A DNA stretch of 64,000 nt from Candidatus Helarchaeota archaeon (GCA_019058315.1 JAHPZH010000001.1:1347218-1411217); one strand, 5' to 3'; positions 20,623-30,863 are shown, counted from the stretch's first letter. Numbers and translations: made by a program. The notes: generated by a model from the sequence alone, not told the origin.

Positions 20623-20915
20623 TTTCGTTCATAACCATTATTGATAGTTTTTATTAAATTTAATTTAGAGTAATTTATTTTTATTAATTTTTATATTTAT
20701 ATCCTTATTGATATTTACTTCTTTAAATAATGTAAAATTAAAATATTTTTATGTAGAGTTTTTTAAACCATTTTGAGAAATTTTTTCGATAAATTATCAA
20801 TTGAGTTTTAAGTTTTTCAGGTTTTATATTGCTCAAGAGTGTAAAGTTTTTTAATGATACCGTTTTAATTGTTCATTCATAAAAAATAGAGAAATTATGT
20901 TAATTCTAACGCTAA

Positions 20916-21683
20916 TTAGGACTCCCAGCCGATCTTATTTTTAAACCATTCAGGCATAGAAAAGCAGATATACATTATTATAGTAGATGCTAAAAAAATA
21001 GACAAAGGAATTGCTAGAATTGGAATAACTATTAACAAATAGCCCAATCCAAAACAAGTTAATCCTATTCCGATCCATAAAGATAGATTAGATTTTGGTC
21101 TATTTTCTTCACGAATCTTTGAAGCGAAATAGAAGAAGATTGTAGGACCAATGATAAAGTTTGGTAAAATTAATGAGAAAATAAAATAGCTAATTATAAC
21201 ATCATATATTAATAAAAATCCTTGAATATATGAATACGGATATCCTAACGTATTTGCAAAAATTACCAATAGAATGGCTATTATTCCTAAAATTGCCACT
21301 ATTATTAATATTTTATTCTTTTTATTTGGATATGTCATAATTAAAGCAAAATTATCAAGATTAATAATTGCACAAGTAGTGAAAATCATATTAAGCACCG
21401 ACATCATTTTACCTAAATCGGGTTGACCTAGAATAGTATAACTTATAGTTTCTATAACCATACATATTGCAGCTAATTCTGTAAATAAAAATGCAAGTGC
21501 CCATGATAAAGTAGAATTTTCTTTAGTTGTTTTATATTTTTTAAATAAACTCAATGTACTTATAGTCGCTACTACCAATATTGCGAGAACTAGATAATAA
21601 ACTATCACTCCTGATGGATCTCTATTGTTAAAGTACCCGGTTAATTGGTTCAAAGTAAATTCGATTGAATAAATTAATTCCAT
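20916..21683 (-). CDS. Hypothetical ~7TM membrane protein (paralog B)
   Basis: Same length (255 aa) and gapless alignment with paralog A. Confidence 0.8.
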   Translation of the reverse strand: MELIYSIEFTLNQLTGYFNNRDPSGVIVYYLVLAILVVATISTLSLFKKYKTTKENSTLSWALAFLFTELAAICMVIETISYTILGQPDLGKMMSVLNMIFTTCAIINLDNFALIMTYPNKKNKILIIVAILGIIAILLVIFANTLGYPYSYIQGFLLIYDVIISYFIFSLILPNFIIGPTIFFYFASKIREENRPKSNLSLWIGIGLTCFGLGYLLIVIPILAIPLSIFLASTIIMYICFSMPEWFKNKIGWES

Positions 21684-21854
21684 TTTAATTCATATCTGTT
21701 TTTAATTGTTTTTATTAAAATTAATATTGCAGAAAAAATTAATTCAAATGGTCTATAATTTTATATATATTCTTATATAAAAATTCTTCAATATCGATGA
21801 ATCCTTTAGTTATGAAGATTTATTTATTAAAAATCCTCAATTGGAGGTTTTAGT

Positions 21855-22634
21855 ATTTCGTTTTTAGATGATCCATTAGTTTCAAGCTTTGTTTTTTATC
21901 CAAGGAAAATATCTATTCCAAAAAATTTAGGACCAAACGTACGCATTTTAAAATTTCAAATTACAGATGATATTTTAATCGGAGGTTTTTGTTACTTAAA
22001 AGATGCTAATCTACCAACTATGTTAATGTTTCATGGAAATGGGGAGATAGCTCTTGATTATTTAAATATATATGAGTTATTCCATGAATGTGGCGTCAAT
22101 TTGGCAGTTGCTGATTTTCGAGGTTATGGTTTTAGTTCAGGTCAGCCCTTCTATACGAGTTTAATTAAAGATGCTATGCCGATTTATAATCATTTCAAAG
22201 ATTGGGTAAAAAATGAGGGTTTAAAAAACTCATTATTTATAATGGGTAGGTCCCTCGGTAGTATTTGCGCATCAGAGATAGGTTCACAAAATCCACCTGA
22301 TGTTCGAGGAATCTTCTTTGAGAGTGGATTTGCTAGTATTTATAACTTGATGACTCGTCTCTTTCGTGTTGATGGACCAAATATAACCCCAGAAGCTTTA
22401 AAAGATTGGTCAAATGATACCAGGATTGCAAAGATTAGGAAACCAGTTTTAATAATCCATGGAGGTAACGATTGGATTATTCCAAGCTCAGAAGCAGAAT
22501 TAATTCATGAAACTCTTCCAGAAGATATCGATGCAAAGCTTTTTATCATTAGAGGGGCTGGACATAATAATATTTTAATGTATGGAGAAAAATATACTCA
22601 TCCATTAAAACAATTCATTGAAAAATACGGATAA
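21855..22634 (+). CDS. Alpha/beta hydrolase (ABHD17/BEM46-like); start extended to ATT 21855
   Basis: FHGNGE, DFRGYG, GRSLG, HGGND, GAGHN. Frame open upstream to (M)SFLDDPLVSSFVFYPRK behind a GGAGG. Confidence 0.85.
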   Translation: MSFLDDPLVSSFVFYPRKISIPKNLGPNVRILKFQITDDILIGGFCYLKDANLPTMLMFHGNGEIALDYLNIYELFHECGVNLAVADFRGYGFSSGQPFYTSLIKDAMPIYNHFKDWVKNEGLKNSLFIMGRSLGSICASEIGSQNPPDVRGIFFESGFASIYNLMTRLFRVDGPNITPEALKDWSNDTRIAKIRKPVLIIHGGNDWIIPSSEAELIHETLPEDIDAKLFIIRGAGHNNILMYGEKYTHPLKQFIEKYG

Positions 22635-22650
22635 TTTTTGGTTAATTTGA

Positions 22651-23541
22651 ATGCCAAGTGAACAATATAATAAAATTATTGAATTGCTTAAATCAACTAA
22701 AGTTGATAGAACTGTCACAATTGAGGAAAGACGTAAAAATTTAGAGAAGATGGCTTCGCTTGTAAGGCTCCCACGGGATATTCGTTTTGAATCTTTAAAA
22801 GTTGGAAAAACTCCTGCTGAATGGATAATCACTCCAGTATCCGTTGAGGATCGAATCATTTTATACCTTCATGGAGGGGGATATGTGATAGGCTCGATTA
22901 AGACTCATAGAGAATTAGCAAGTCGTATAGCAAGGGCTTCTAAAGCACGAGGACTTTTAATTGAATATCGATTAGCACCTGAGCACAAATTTCCCGCTGC
23001 CTTGGAAGATTCTACTTTAGCTTATCGTTGGCTACTCAAAGAAGGATATAATCCCGATCGAATAGTAATTGCTGGGGATTCTGCGGGAGGTGGTTTAACA
23101 GTGGCAACCCTTGTTGCATTAAGGGATCAAGGAGAACCTTTACCTGCAGCAGCTATATGTTTGTCTCCATGGATTGATTTGGAGGGGCTTGGTAAATCTG
23201 TAAGGACAAAAGCCAATATTGATCCTTTATTTGACATAGATGGAATTATTCAAAATGCTAAACTATACCTCGGTGGTGAGGATCCCCATAACCCTCTTGC
23301 TGCCCCTTTATATGCTGATCTTACAGGCCTTCCACCGATGCTGATACAAGTTGGCACATGGGAAATTTTACTTGATGACTCTTTACGACTCGCTGAACAA
23401 GCAAAAAAGGCAGGTGTTGAGGTTATTCTTGAGAAGTGGGAAGATATGGTTCATGTTTTTCAAAGTTTTGGTTACTATCTTCCTGAAGCACAAGAAGCAG
23501 TTGAACATATTGGTGATTTTGTTATTCAATATACAAGCTAA
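22651..23541 (+). CDS. HSL-family esterase/lipase
   Basis: HGGG, YRLAPEH, GDSAGG, HVF. Confidence 0.95.
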   Translation: MPSEQYNKIIELLKSTKVDRTVTIEERRKNLEKMASLVRLPRDIRFESLKVGKTPAEWIITPVSVEDRIILYLHGGGYVIGSIKTHRELASRIARASKARGLLIEYRLAPEHKFPAALEDSTLAYRWLLKEGYNPDRIVIAGDSAGGGLTVATLVALRDQGEPLPAAAICLSPWIDLEGLGKSVRTKANIDPLFDIDGIIQNAKLYLGGEDPHNPLAAPLYADLTGLPPMLIQVGTWEILLDDSLRLAEQAKKAGVEVILEKWEDMVHVFQSFGYYLPEAQEAVEHIGDFVIQYTS

Positions 23542-23560
23542 AATTTATTATATCTAAATA

Positions 23561-24076
23561 TTATTTTTGTGAATGGAGGGCATAATACCGAGATATTAAT
23601 GACAATACAAAAAATCCCAACATCGCAATAAGCAATATGTTGTAAATTAGACTATCAGCAAAGATGAGTGTTATACCTATTATTATATAAAGAAATAGTC
23701 CAGAATATCTACCTATAGGATCGTAAACCGGCTTTTTTTGTTTCGATGTTAAAATAAATTGTAGAAACATAAACCCTATTATAATAAGTATCCAAAATGG
23801 ATATATTTCCTTTAAAATAAATGCAAAGAATAATATAAAAATAATAACAAAGTCAGAAATAGCATCGAAATATGCCCCAAAGGTAGATGTAACTTCTAAT
23901 TTTCTTGCAATGGTCCCATCAAGGATATCTGTGATCCAAGAGATAGTAAAGAGAATAAAGCACTCTATGATTAAATCATTGAATAAGAAAATTAATAATG
24001 GTGGAATTAATACGATTCTTAAACCAGTGATGATTTGAGGGATAAGAAACCTCTTATTATACCTTTTATTTTCCAT
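23561..24076 (-). CDS. CDP-alcohol phosphatidyltransferase family
   Basis: TDILDGTIARK...FGAYFDAISD motif. Confidence 0.9.
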   Translation of the reverse strand: MENKRYNKRFLIPQIITGLRIVLIPPLLIFLFNDLIIECFILFTISWITDILDGTIARKLEVTSTFGAYFDAISDFVIIFILFFAFILKEIYPFWILIIIGFMFLQFILTSKQKKPVYDPIGRYSGLFLYIIIGITLIFADSLIYNILLIAMLGFFVLSLISRYYALHSQK

Positions 24077-24215
24077 TTTCTCTCATTCTAAAAACAATTT
24101 AGTCAATAATCTTTTAAAATTATTTCATATCAATCTATAACAACAGTCAGATGACAAATATAGTACAAAAAGAGTAATATTATGAATTATATTAACTATA
24201 AATTGAGATCTAAAA

Positions 24216-24857
24216 ATGAAAAAAGAATCTATAATAACCACGATTTACGGATTACTCACCATTAGTTTAATAATAATATTGTATTTACTTCTTGCCAACT
24301 CAATACCTAATATTTTTATATTAAGCGAATGGACTGAATTTTTAATACTATTATGTCTAATATTTCCAATTATAACCACATTTTTAGCACTTATTTTTTA
24401 TTTTACTTTAAAAATCGCAATTCCAATGGTATTTTCAGGTTTAGGTTTTCTATTTTTTCAAGGAATCTGGTTTCGATTTCCAACTATTAATGTTATGATG
24501 AGTTCAGCTTATTTTTTAGTAGGTATGTTGTTTATTGGACTGGGATTGTGGTTAGAATCTGACCTTTTACCAGTAAGATATCCTGAAGCATTTGAAGATA
24601 CAGAGGAAAAACCTGAGCCTATGGATATTGAATTTTCTGAAGAGGATTATAAAGATGAAGTAAAATTTTGGATTAAATTACTTGATAGTTCTGATGAAAA
24701 ATATCGAGAAGAAGCAATAATTTCATTAGGTGAAATAGGAGATAAAAGAGCAATTCCACATTTAGAAAAATTACTTGAGGATGAATCAAAATCTACTCGT
24801 GAACTCTCAAGAAAAGCAATAAAATCAATAAAATCAATAAAAGGGAAAGTTAATTAA
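24216..24857 (+). CDS. 4TM membrane protein with C-terminal HEAT (PBS-lyase-like) repeat
   Basis: Hydrophobic N-half; REEAIISLGEIGDKRAIPHLEKLL. Confidence 0.8.
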   Translation: MKKESIITTIYGLLTISLIIILYLLLANSIPNIFILSEWTEFLILLCLIFPIITTFLALIFYFTLKIAIPMVFSGLGFLFFQGIWFRFPTINVMMSSAYFLVGMLFIGLGLWLESDLLPVRYPEAFEDTEEKPEPMDIEFSEEDYKDEVKFWIKLLDSSDEKYREEAIISLGEIGDKRAIPHLEKLLEDESKSTRELSRKAIKSIKSIKGKVN

Positions 24858-24896
24858 GTATTATAATTAATAAAAGTTCAAAGGAGGAGAAAATAT

Positions 24897-25601
24897 ATTA
24901 TTTTTAATAGAGTTCGTGTAGCAATAAGATTTACAGATGAGCAAAATAGAAAAAGAACTATTGGAGCGAATTGTAGAGTAAGCTTCAGCTCAAATTTTAT
25001 AGAAATTATATCAAGAAAATTATTAAGACTCAAGCTTAGGAATGAATTGGAGAGATGGTTTGCATTTCAAGAAGTCCCTATATTTACAGAAGAAAATTTA
25101 CATCTTTTATTTAAAGTATCTAGAGAATTATGGGTTCCTTGGCCTTATATTATGAAATTTAAATTTAATCTCAAAAATATTTCCTATGAAAAATTCGAAA
25201 AATCTATAGATCTCGTAAAACGAGGTTTAAAAAACGTTATCCTTCATTTTAATTCAAGTCATGGGATAATTATTTTAGAATTGAAAAATAAAAAAGCAGC
25301 TATAACCGATATTATTTTATCTTATGGGGAGAAGATTGGAGAGATTGAAGAAGAAGTCTTTGTTCCAGCTGACTTTGGGTTTGAGGAGGCTGACTTTAAA
25401 GATGAAACTGAATTTTGGATTAAATCCCTTGGAAGTTTGGATGAGGCTTATCTAGAAGAAGCAATTATTTCATTAGGGGAAATAGGGGATAAAAGGGCCA
25501 TTCCATATTTAGAAAAATTCTTGGAAAATGAGTCAAAATCACTTCAAAAATTATCAAGGAAATCGATAGAATCAATAAAAAGGAAAGGAAATCAAAATTA
25601 A
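24897..25601 (+). CDS. Soluble protein with C-terminal HEAT repeat; start possibly ATT 24897
   Basis: EEAIISLGEIGDKRAIPYLEKFL. Frame open 50 codons upstream of TTG 25047, back to an AGGAGG. Confidence 0.7.
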   Translation: MIFNRVRVAIRFTDEQNRKRTIGANCRVSFSSNFIEIISRKLLRLKLRNELERWFAFQEVPIFTEENLHLLFKVSRELWVPWPYIMKFKFNLKNISYEKFEKSIDLVKRGLKNVILHFNSSHGIIILELKNKKAAITDIILSYGEKIGEIEEEVFVPADFGFEEADFKDETEFWIKSLGSLDEAYLEEAIISLGEIGDKRAIPYLEKFLENESKSLQKLSRKSIESIKRKGNQN

Positions 25602-25614
25602 ACAAATAAGATTT

Positions 25615-26595
25615 TTATTTTTCCTCTAATTCCTCTTTTGTACCTACAATAACATTTAAACTGTTTGGAATGATTTCAAATTCAAAATCTGTCCCTTTTC
25701 CGACCTGTTCACCATCCAAGTCTAAAAAAACAGGATCTTCACTTAAAATTTTAACGTTTATACAAAGATCATGTTCTTTAACTTGAGGCATCTTTAGATG
25801 TGAACCATCATAAATTTTCCCGATATTTGTTAATAGCATCCATCTAGATCCATCTTGAATTGTAATAATACTAAATTTTCCATTTGTTGAATCTGAGTTT
25901 GGAGAAATCATCATTCCTCCCCCAAAATATTTTCCAATACAGATACATGTCATATTAGCATTATACTCATACGCATTTTCTTCATCTTCATCTAAAATAA
26001 GGCGAGTTAGGCTTTTATGATGATGCATAATTCCACGTATAGACCCAATAAGGAATGAAAATTTTCCCCCAAGACGTTTTGTTGTCCGATTAACACGATC
26101 TACAACATCACCACCTAAACCAGTATCAGCAACATTAACAAATAAACGAGTTCCCGGATTTCCTTCCAAATCCTTAAATTTTGCAATACCAACATCTTGC
26201 TTCTGAATAATTCCATGTTCTAGAATATCTATTGATCCCTCTATTTCTTTAGGAATTTCTACTGTTTTAATAAAATCCGAACCAGTCCCGCTTGATATTA
26301 CACCAAATTTGCACTCAGGGTTTAGAGGAGTAAAATTTTCAGGATCAAAAAATCCATTTGCAACTTCATTAAATGTCCCATCGCCACCAACTGCTACAAT
26401 AAAATCTTCATTTTGTTTAATGGCTTCTCTTGCCAATTCCGTAGCATGATTAGGACCTTCTGTAAAAATATGGGTATATTCTATTTTTTTCCCATCTAGA
26501 AGAGGTTTAATCTCTTTTTCCCATCGTTTTTTTGTTTTACCATTTCCCGCCTTTGGATTAATTATAATATACAAAATTTCAACTCCAGAAATCAA
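25615..26595 (-). CDS. Diacylglycerol/lipid kinase family (YegS/DgkB-like)
   Basis: INPKAG, GGDGT.NEV, GTGSDF, YFGGGM, LDGE. Confidence 0.95.
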   Translation of the reverse strand: MISGVEILYIIINPKAGNGKTKKRWEKEIKPLLDGKKIEYTHIFTEGPNHATELAREAIKQNEDFIVAVGGDGTFNEVANGFFDPENFTPLNPECKFGVISSGTGSDFIKTVEIPKEIEGSIDILEHGIIQKQDVGIAKFKDLEGNPGTRLFVNVADTGLGGDVVDRVNRTTKRLGGKFSFLIGSIRGIMHHHKSLTRLILDEDEENAYEYNANMTCICIGKYFGGGMMISPNSDSTNGKFSIITIQDGSRWMLLTNIGKIYDGSHLKMPQVKEHDLCINVKILSEDPVFLDLDGEQVGKGTDFEFEIIPNSLNVIVGTKEELEEK

Positions 26596-26654
26596 GCAAA
26601 TAAAATAATAACGAATAAGTTATTTATGCCTTTTTTAATATAACATATTCTAGA

Positions 26655-27965
26655 GTGATCAAATTGGAGAATGATAAACAATTCGTGTTATGGGATCAGA
26701 TTTTACATTATTTTGAAATGGCGATGAAGATATTTGAAAGTATGGAAGGACGACTTCAAAATCAAGAATTTGTAGATATGTTTTTTAATTATTTCAAGAA
26801 GCTTCGTATCGCTAAAAAAGAAAATAAACCGATTGTGATGACAAATTTTTGTCTCCCACCGGAGATCATTTATGCTATGAATTGTTATCCAATGTGTCAA
26901 GAAATAGGGAGTGTTGCGCTTTCCATTGCAAATGCAGGATTGAAATATATTGATGTAGCCGAAGAAAAAGGCATTGATAAATTTCAATGTAATGCACAAA
27001 AAGTTTGGATAGGCGCCAGTATGTTAGGAGAAGCTCCATTTCCAGATTACATAATTTACGGAAGTCAGCCTTGTGATTCAACTAATTCCCAATATCAGGT
27101 TTTAAGAAGAATTTATGATAAATCTTCTGTTTATACAATAGATATTCCTTATTGGCATTACGACCCTCAAAATAAGTATTACGATGCCGATACCGTTCCG
27201 TATGTTGCAAAACAATTAAAAAATTTAATTCCTTGGTTGGAAGAAAGAACTAAAACTAAAATGGATCATGACAGATTTATGGAAACAATAAAAAATTCGA
27301 ATAAGACTCGAGAAATTATTATGGAAGGGATGGAGTTGATGAAGGCAGTTCCTGCGCCATTACCCTCATTGGCAGCTTTTAACAATTACGGTGTTCTTCT
27401 AACTTCGGGTGGACTACCTGAGCCTATAAAATATGCTGAATGGGTGCGAGATACAGCTAAAGAAAGGATTAAGAATAAGCAAGGTGCTTTAGCAGAACGG
27501 GGAATTGAAGAAAAAATTAGGATTATGTGGATTTATTTACCAATTTTTTTCGATTCATTTTTATTTGATTGGTTAGAAAGAAAATTCGGTGCAGTAACTG
27601 TAATGGATATGATGGGTTATACTATGAGTCAAATAATAAATACAAAAAATGATGATACAATTTTTGAAGGATTGGCTGCTCAAATTTTAGATACACCTAT
27701 GGGAAGACAGTCGAGAGGACCGGCAGAGTTCTATATCGATGATCTGCTCAGGATCGGCAAAGAATATAAGGTTGATTGTGCTATTTATGGAGGCCACCTC
27801 GGGTGTAAACACTCACACGCGATAGCAGTCATGATCAAGGAAATTATTGAAGCCGAATTAGGTATACCATGCCTTAATTTTGAAGTAGACTGTATTGATT
27901 CAAGACCAATCACTGGAAGGGAAGTGAAGAGGAAACTTAAATTATTTCTGAAAAATTTAGAATAA
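26655..27965 (+). CDS. 2-hydroxyacyl-CoA dehydratase / benzoyl-CoA reductase subunit family (HgdB/BcrB-like)
   Basis: Cluster cysteines QCN, SQPCDS, LGCK; ELGIPCLNFEVD. Confidence 0.85.
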   Translation: MIKLENDKQFVLWDQILHYFEMAMKIFESMEGRLQNQEFVDMFFNYFKKLRIAKKENKPIVMTNFCLPPEIIYAMNCYPMCQEIGSVALSIANAGLKYIDVAEEKGIDKFQCNAQKVWIGASMLGEAPFPDYIIYGSQPCDSTNSQYQVLRRIYDKSSVYTIDIPYWHYDPQNKYYDADTVPYVAKQLKNLIPWLEERTKTKMDHDRFMETIKNSNKTREIIMEGMELMKAVPAPLPSLAAFNNYGVLLTSGGLPEPIKYAEWVRDTAKERIKNKQGALAERGIEEKIRIMWIYLPIFFDSFLFDWLERKFGAVTVMDMMGYTMSQIINTKNDDTIFEGLAAQILDTPMGRQSRGPAEFYIDDLLRIGKEYKVDCAIYGGHLGCKHSHAIAVMIKEIIEAELGIPCLNFEVDCIDSRPITGREVKRKLKLFLKNLE

Positions 27966-28076
27966 CATCTCTTAACTAAAAAAAGATAAAAATAGGATTT
28001 ACTCATTAAATCAATCTAATATTTGATATTTATAATTAGTTGAAAATCTTTTAAAAAATAGTAAAAAGTATAGGAG

Positions 28077-29279
28077 TTATATTATTTTTTCATTTCTAAA
28101 TTTATCTATCTCTTCTTCTGAATAACCTAATGATCTGAGAATTTCATTATTATGCTCTCCATATTCAGGAGCATCGGATCTGATTTGGCATGGAGTTTTG
28201 GACAATTTGAATGGAAATCCAACCATTTTACATGGACCTAACTTGGGGGAATTGAATTCAATGAACATTTTTCGATTTTTCACATGTTCGTCCTTGATTA
28301 CCTCTTTAAATTCATTAACTTTTGAAATACAGACGTCATAGCCTTTCATTTGTTCGAACCATTCGTCTCTTGTTTTTTCTTTAAATTTTTCTTTTAAAAA
28401 ATTAAGTATTTCGTCTCTTCTAGAACCAGAGGGAGAATAATCTTCACTATATTCGGGGCAATTTAAAATTTGACATAATTTCTTCCAGAATTTTTCTTCC
28501 AACGCACCTAATGCTATATATTTTTCATCTTTTGTTTGATATATGTTATAATTTGGTAAATATCCAGTTAATCTTTCTCCTCCAGTTCGAGGTTCTCTAT
28601 TATTTACAATAAATTCAGCAAACTTTCTTACTAACCAATAAATAGCACCATCTTGCATAGCAACATCAATATATTGTCCCAAATCAAATTTATCTCGGGC
28701 AATTAACGCACTTAAAATTGCAATCACACAATTCATACCCCCTGTTCCCAAGTCTGCAATTTGAATTCCTGGTGGATGGGGGTTTCTTCCATACTCACCA
28801 GTCAACATACCCAGTCCTGCAACGCTGATGTAATTCAAGTCATGACCAACCATGTTAGCATAACTTCCATTTTGACCATAACCAGTAAGTGAGCAATAGA
28901 TAATTCTCGGATTAATCTTTTTTATCGTCTGATAATCAATCCCAAGTTTTTTTACCACTCCAGGACGAAACCCCTCTAAGATCACGTCATAATTTTTTGC
29001 TAGCTGATAAAAAATCTCACGACCTTGTTGTGTCTTAAGGTTTAGAGTCATAGATTTTTTATTTCTATTTAAACAATAAAAAGTATAATTGATTTTTTTC
29101 CCGTCATTTGTTGTAATGTATGGTTCCCGCCATCTTGCATAGTCTCCTTGTATATTATCTTCGATTTTAAGCACATCGGCACCCAAATCTCCAAGAAGCA
29201 AGGTAGCAAATGGACCAGGCAGTAATCTTGATAGGTCTAAAATCTTTATTCCTTCTAATGGTAGAGGCATTTTTATCAA
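28077..29279 (-). CDS. Family III CoA-transferase (CaiB/BaiF)
   Basis: LDLSRLLPGP, NRNKKS, FRPGV, GHDLNY, IADL, APEYGEH. Confidence 0.95.
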   Translation of the reverse strand: MIKMPLPLEGIKILDLSRLLPGPFATLLLGDLGADVLKIEDNIQGDYARWREPYITTNDGKKINYTFYCLNRNKKSMTLNLKTQQGREIFYQLAKNYDVILEGFRPGVVKKLGIDYQTIKKINPRIIYCSLTGYGQNGSYANMVGHDLNYISVAGLGMLTGEYGRNPHPPGIQIADLGTGGMNCVIAILSALIARDKFDLGQYIDVAMQDGAIYWLVRKFAEFIVNNREPRTGGERLTGYLPNYNIYQTKDEKYIALGALEEKFWKKLCQILNCPEYSEDYSPSGSRRDEILNFLKEKFKEKTRDEWFEQMKGYDVCISKVNEFKEVIKDEHVKNRKMFIEFNSPKLGPCKMVGFPFKLSKTPCQIRSDAPEYGEHNNEILRSLGYSEEEIDKFRNEKII

Positions 29280-29429
29280 AACTATTAAATTTTTAATTCT
29301 TATTTTGCCTAAGCTTCATATTTATAAGTGAAATTTATATTAGATGTTGAAAAAATTAATCTAGAGTAAAGTGTTATATATCATTTCTAAAAATATATGT
29401 TCTTAAAATAAGACTAAATTTTCTAAAAA

Positions 29430-29720
29430 ATGTGTTACCAAATGGGTAAAAAGAAATTTTTCAAATGCCCGAAGTGCTCTTCTTTACTTCAAATAGAAAT
29501 AGAGTTACCAGAACACGTTGAATCATGGCCATATGTTATGCATTATAAGCATCCAGGTCCTAATAATACAGAATGCGATCTTGTCCTTGAAGTTGATTCA
29601 AATTATACTATTCGTGAACTGGGGAAAGAGGGACTAGACGAAACAAAAGAAGTTGTGAGTGAAAAAGTCACAGAAGAGAAAAAAGCTGAAGAATTAGGTT
29701 TTAAAGTCGTAAAAGAGTGA
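29430..29720 (+). CDS. Small putative zinc-binding protein
   Basis: CPKC...WP...H...C...D.NYTIR. Confidence 0.65.
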   Translation: MCYQMGKKKFFKCPKCSSLLQIEIELPEHVESWPYVMHYKHPGPNNTECDLVLEVDSNYTIRELGKEGLDETKEVVSEKVTEEKKAEELGFKVVKE

Positions 29721-29779
29721 AAATGAAAAAATTTGCTCATTGAGATTTATAAGAAGACAGCTCTTTTTTTGTATAAATA

Positions 29780-30727
29780 TCATTTTGAATATTCAATAGA
29801 TACATCACAACTTCTATCTCCAGCTGCTAACCTTTGGGACACATATGATTTTAATTTTTTATTTACAGCATGAACCAAACCATCTTCCCAACTTACAAAC
29901 GCTTGGCAAATTTTTGGATCTTTCATTCCTCGATGAGGGCATCTATAAGGATTCCCACAAAAGCTTATAATTGACTCCCTTGGATTTACTATAACCTCTG
30001 GCTCATTAAATGGGTAAATTACACGTTCCCACCCCGCCAACCCGTATAAAACATAGATATACATTATCATTTGAGTTGCTTTTGTAATATCATCTAATTT
30101 ACTTTCTTTAAAGAATTTGAGTTGTCCGAATTTTTTCCCATAATAATAACCTATTGGAAAACCAGCTTCTTTGGTAACTTTAATAAACTGATTTCGATAT
30201 TTTGAACGGCTTATCCAATTTATAACATATCCTGATAAACTTCCAGCCCAAAGTAAATAAGCCCGTATTGGATTATCACGAAATGTCTGCAAAAATAGAG
30301 AGCGCTGTTTAATGAATCGTTTAAACATGTGTAATACTGCTTTGGCCCCATAAGCAATTAGTCTAGGAATAAATGTTCTACCAATCTTTTTAGTTGTATA
30401 ATAAGTTCCAGACCTCAATAATAAAAACCAAAATTTCGCCCTATCCTCCCAAGTTACTTCATTTTTTAACTTTAGGACTTCTTCTGCTAACCATTCTGGT
30501 GGATTTTTCTCAATATTCCATTGACGAAATTTATTAGGAGGGGTTATGCGTTTAAAAAGCCTTACAGGCAATCTTAAAATTTTCGCAAACGCAATTATAA
30601 ATCCGTTACTTGAAATAAATCTTAAATATGTATATCCAGTTGATAATGCGTATAGTAATATTACTAAAAACATCAGAATTAAGAACATAGCTCCGGCTAC
30701 AAGAATTATACTCGCCATATTCGCCAT
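29780..30727 (-). CDS. Membrane-anchored protein with C-terminal V4R-like domain
   Basis: N-terminal TM; CPH...C....EDGLVHAVN...RLAAGDRSCDVSI. Confidence 0.6.
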   Translation of the reverse strand: MANMASIILVAGAMFLILMFLVILLYALSTGYTYLRFISSNGFIIAFAKILRLPVRLFKRITPPNKFRQWNIEKNPPEWLAEEVLKLKNEVTWEDRAKFWFLLLRSGTYYTTKKIGRTFIPRLIAYGAKAVLHMFKRFIKQRSLFLQTFRDNPIRAYLLWAGSLSGYVINWISRSKYRNQFIKVTKEAGFPIGYYYGKKFGQLKFFKESKLDDITKATQMIMYIYVLYGLAGWERVIYPFNEPEVIVNPRESIISFCGNPYRCPHRGMKDPKICQAFVSWEDGLVHAVNKKLKSYVSQRLAAGDRSCDVSIEYSK

Positions 30728-30863
30728 CTTTTAACTTTTCTTAAATTAAAGTTACCTACTTTTAAATGGCATTTATATTGAATCAAAATAGCAAGTAAGG
30801 TATAAAAAGATAATTTCTATTATTTTCTAAAATTAAATAATAAATTAATTAGAGGGTGAATCC

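Noticed and set aside
20623-20915. Possible degenerate ORF between the 7TM paralogs
   Set aside because: Multiple stops in the frame I translated and no recognisable motif.
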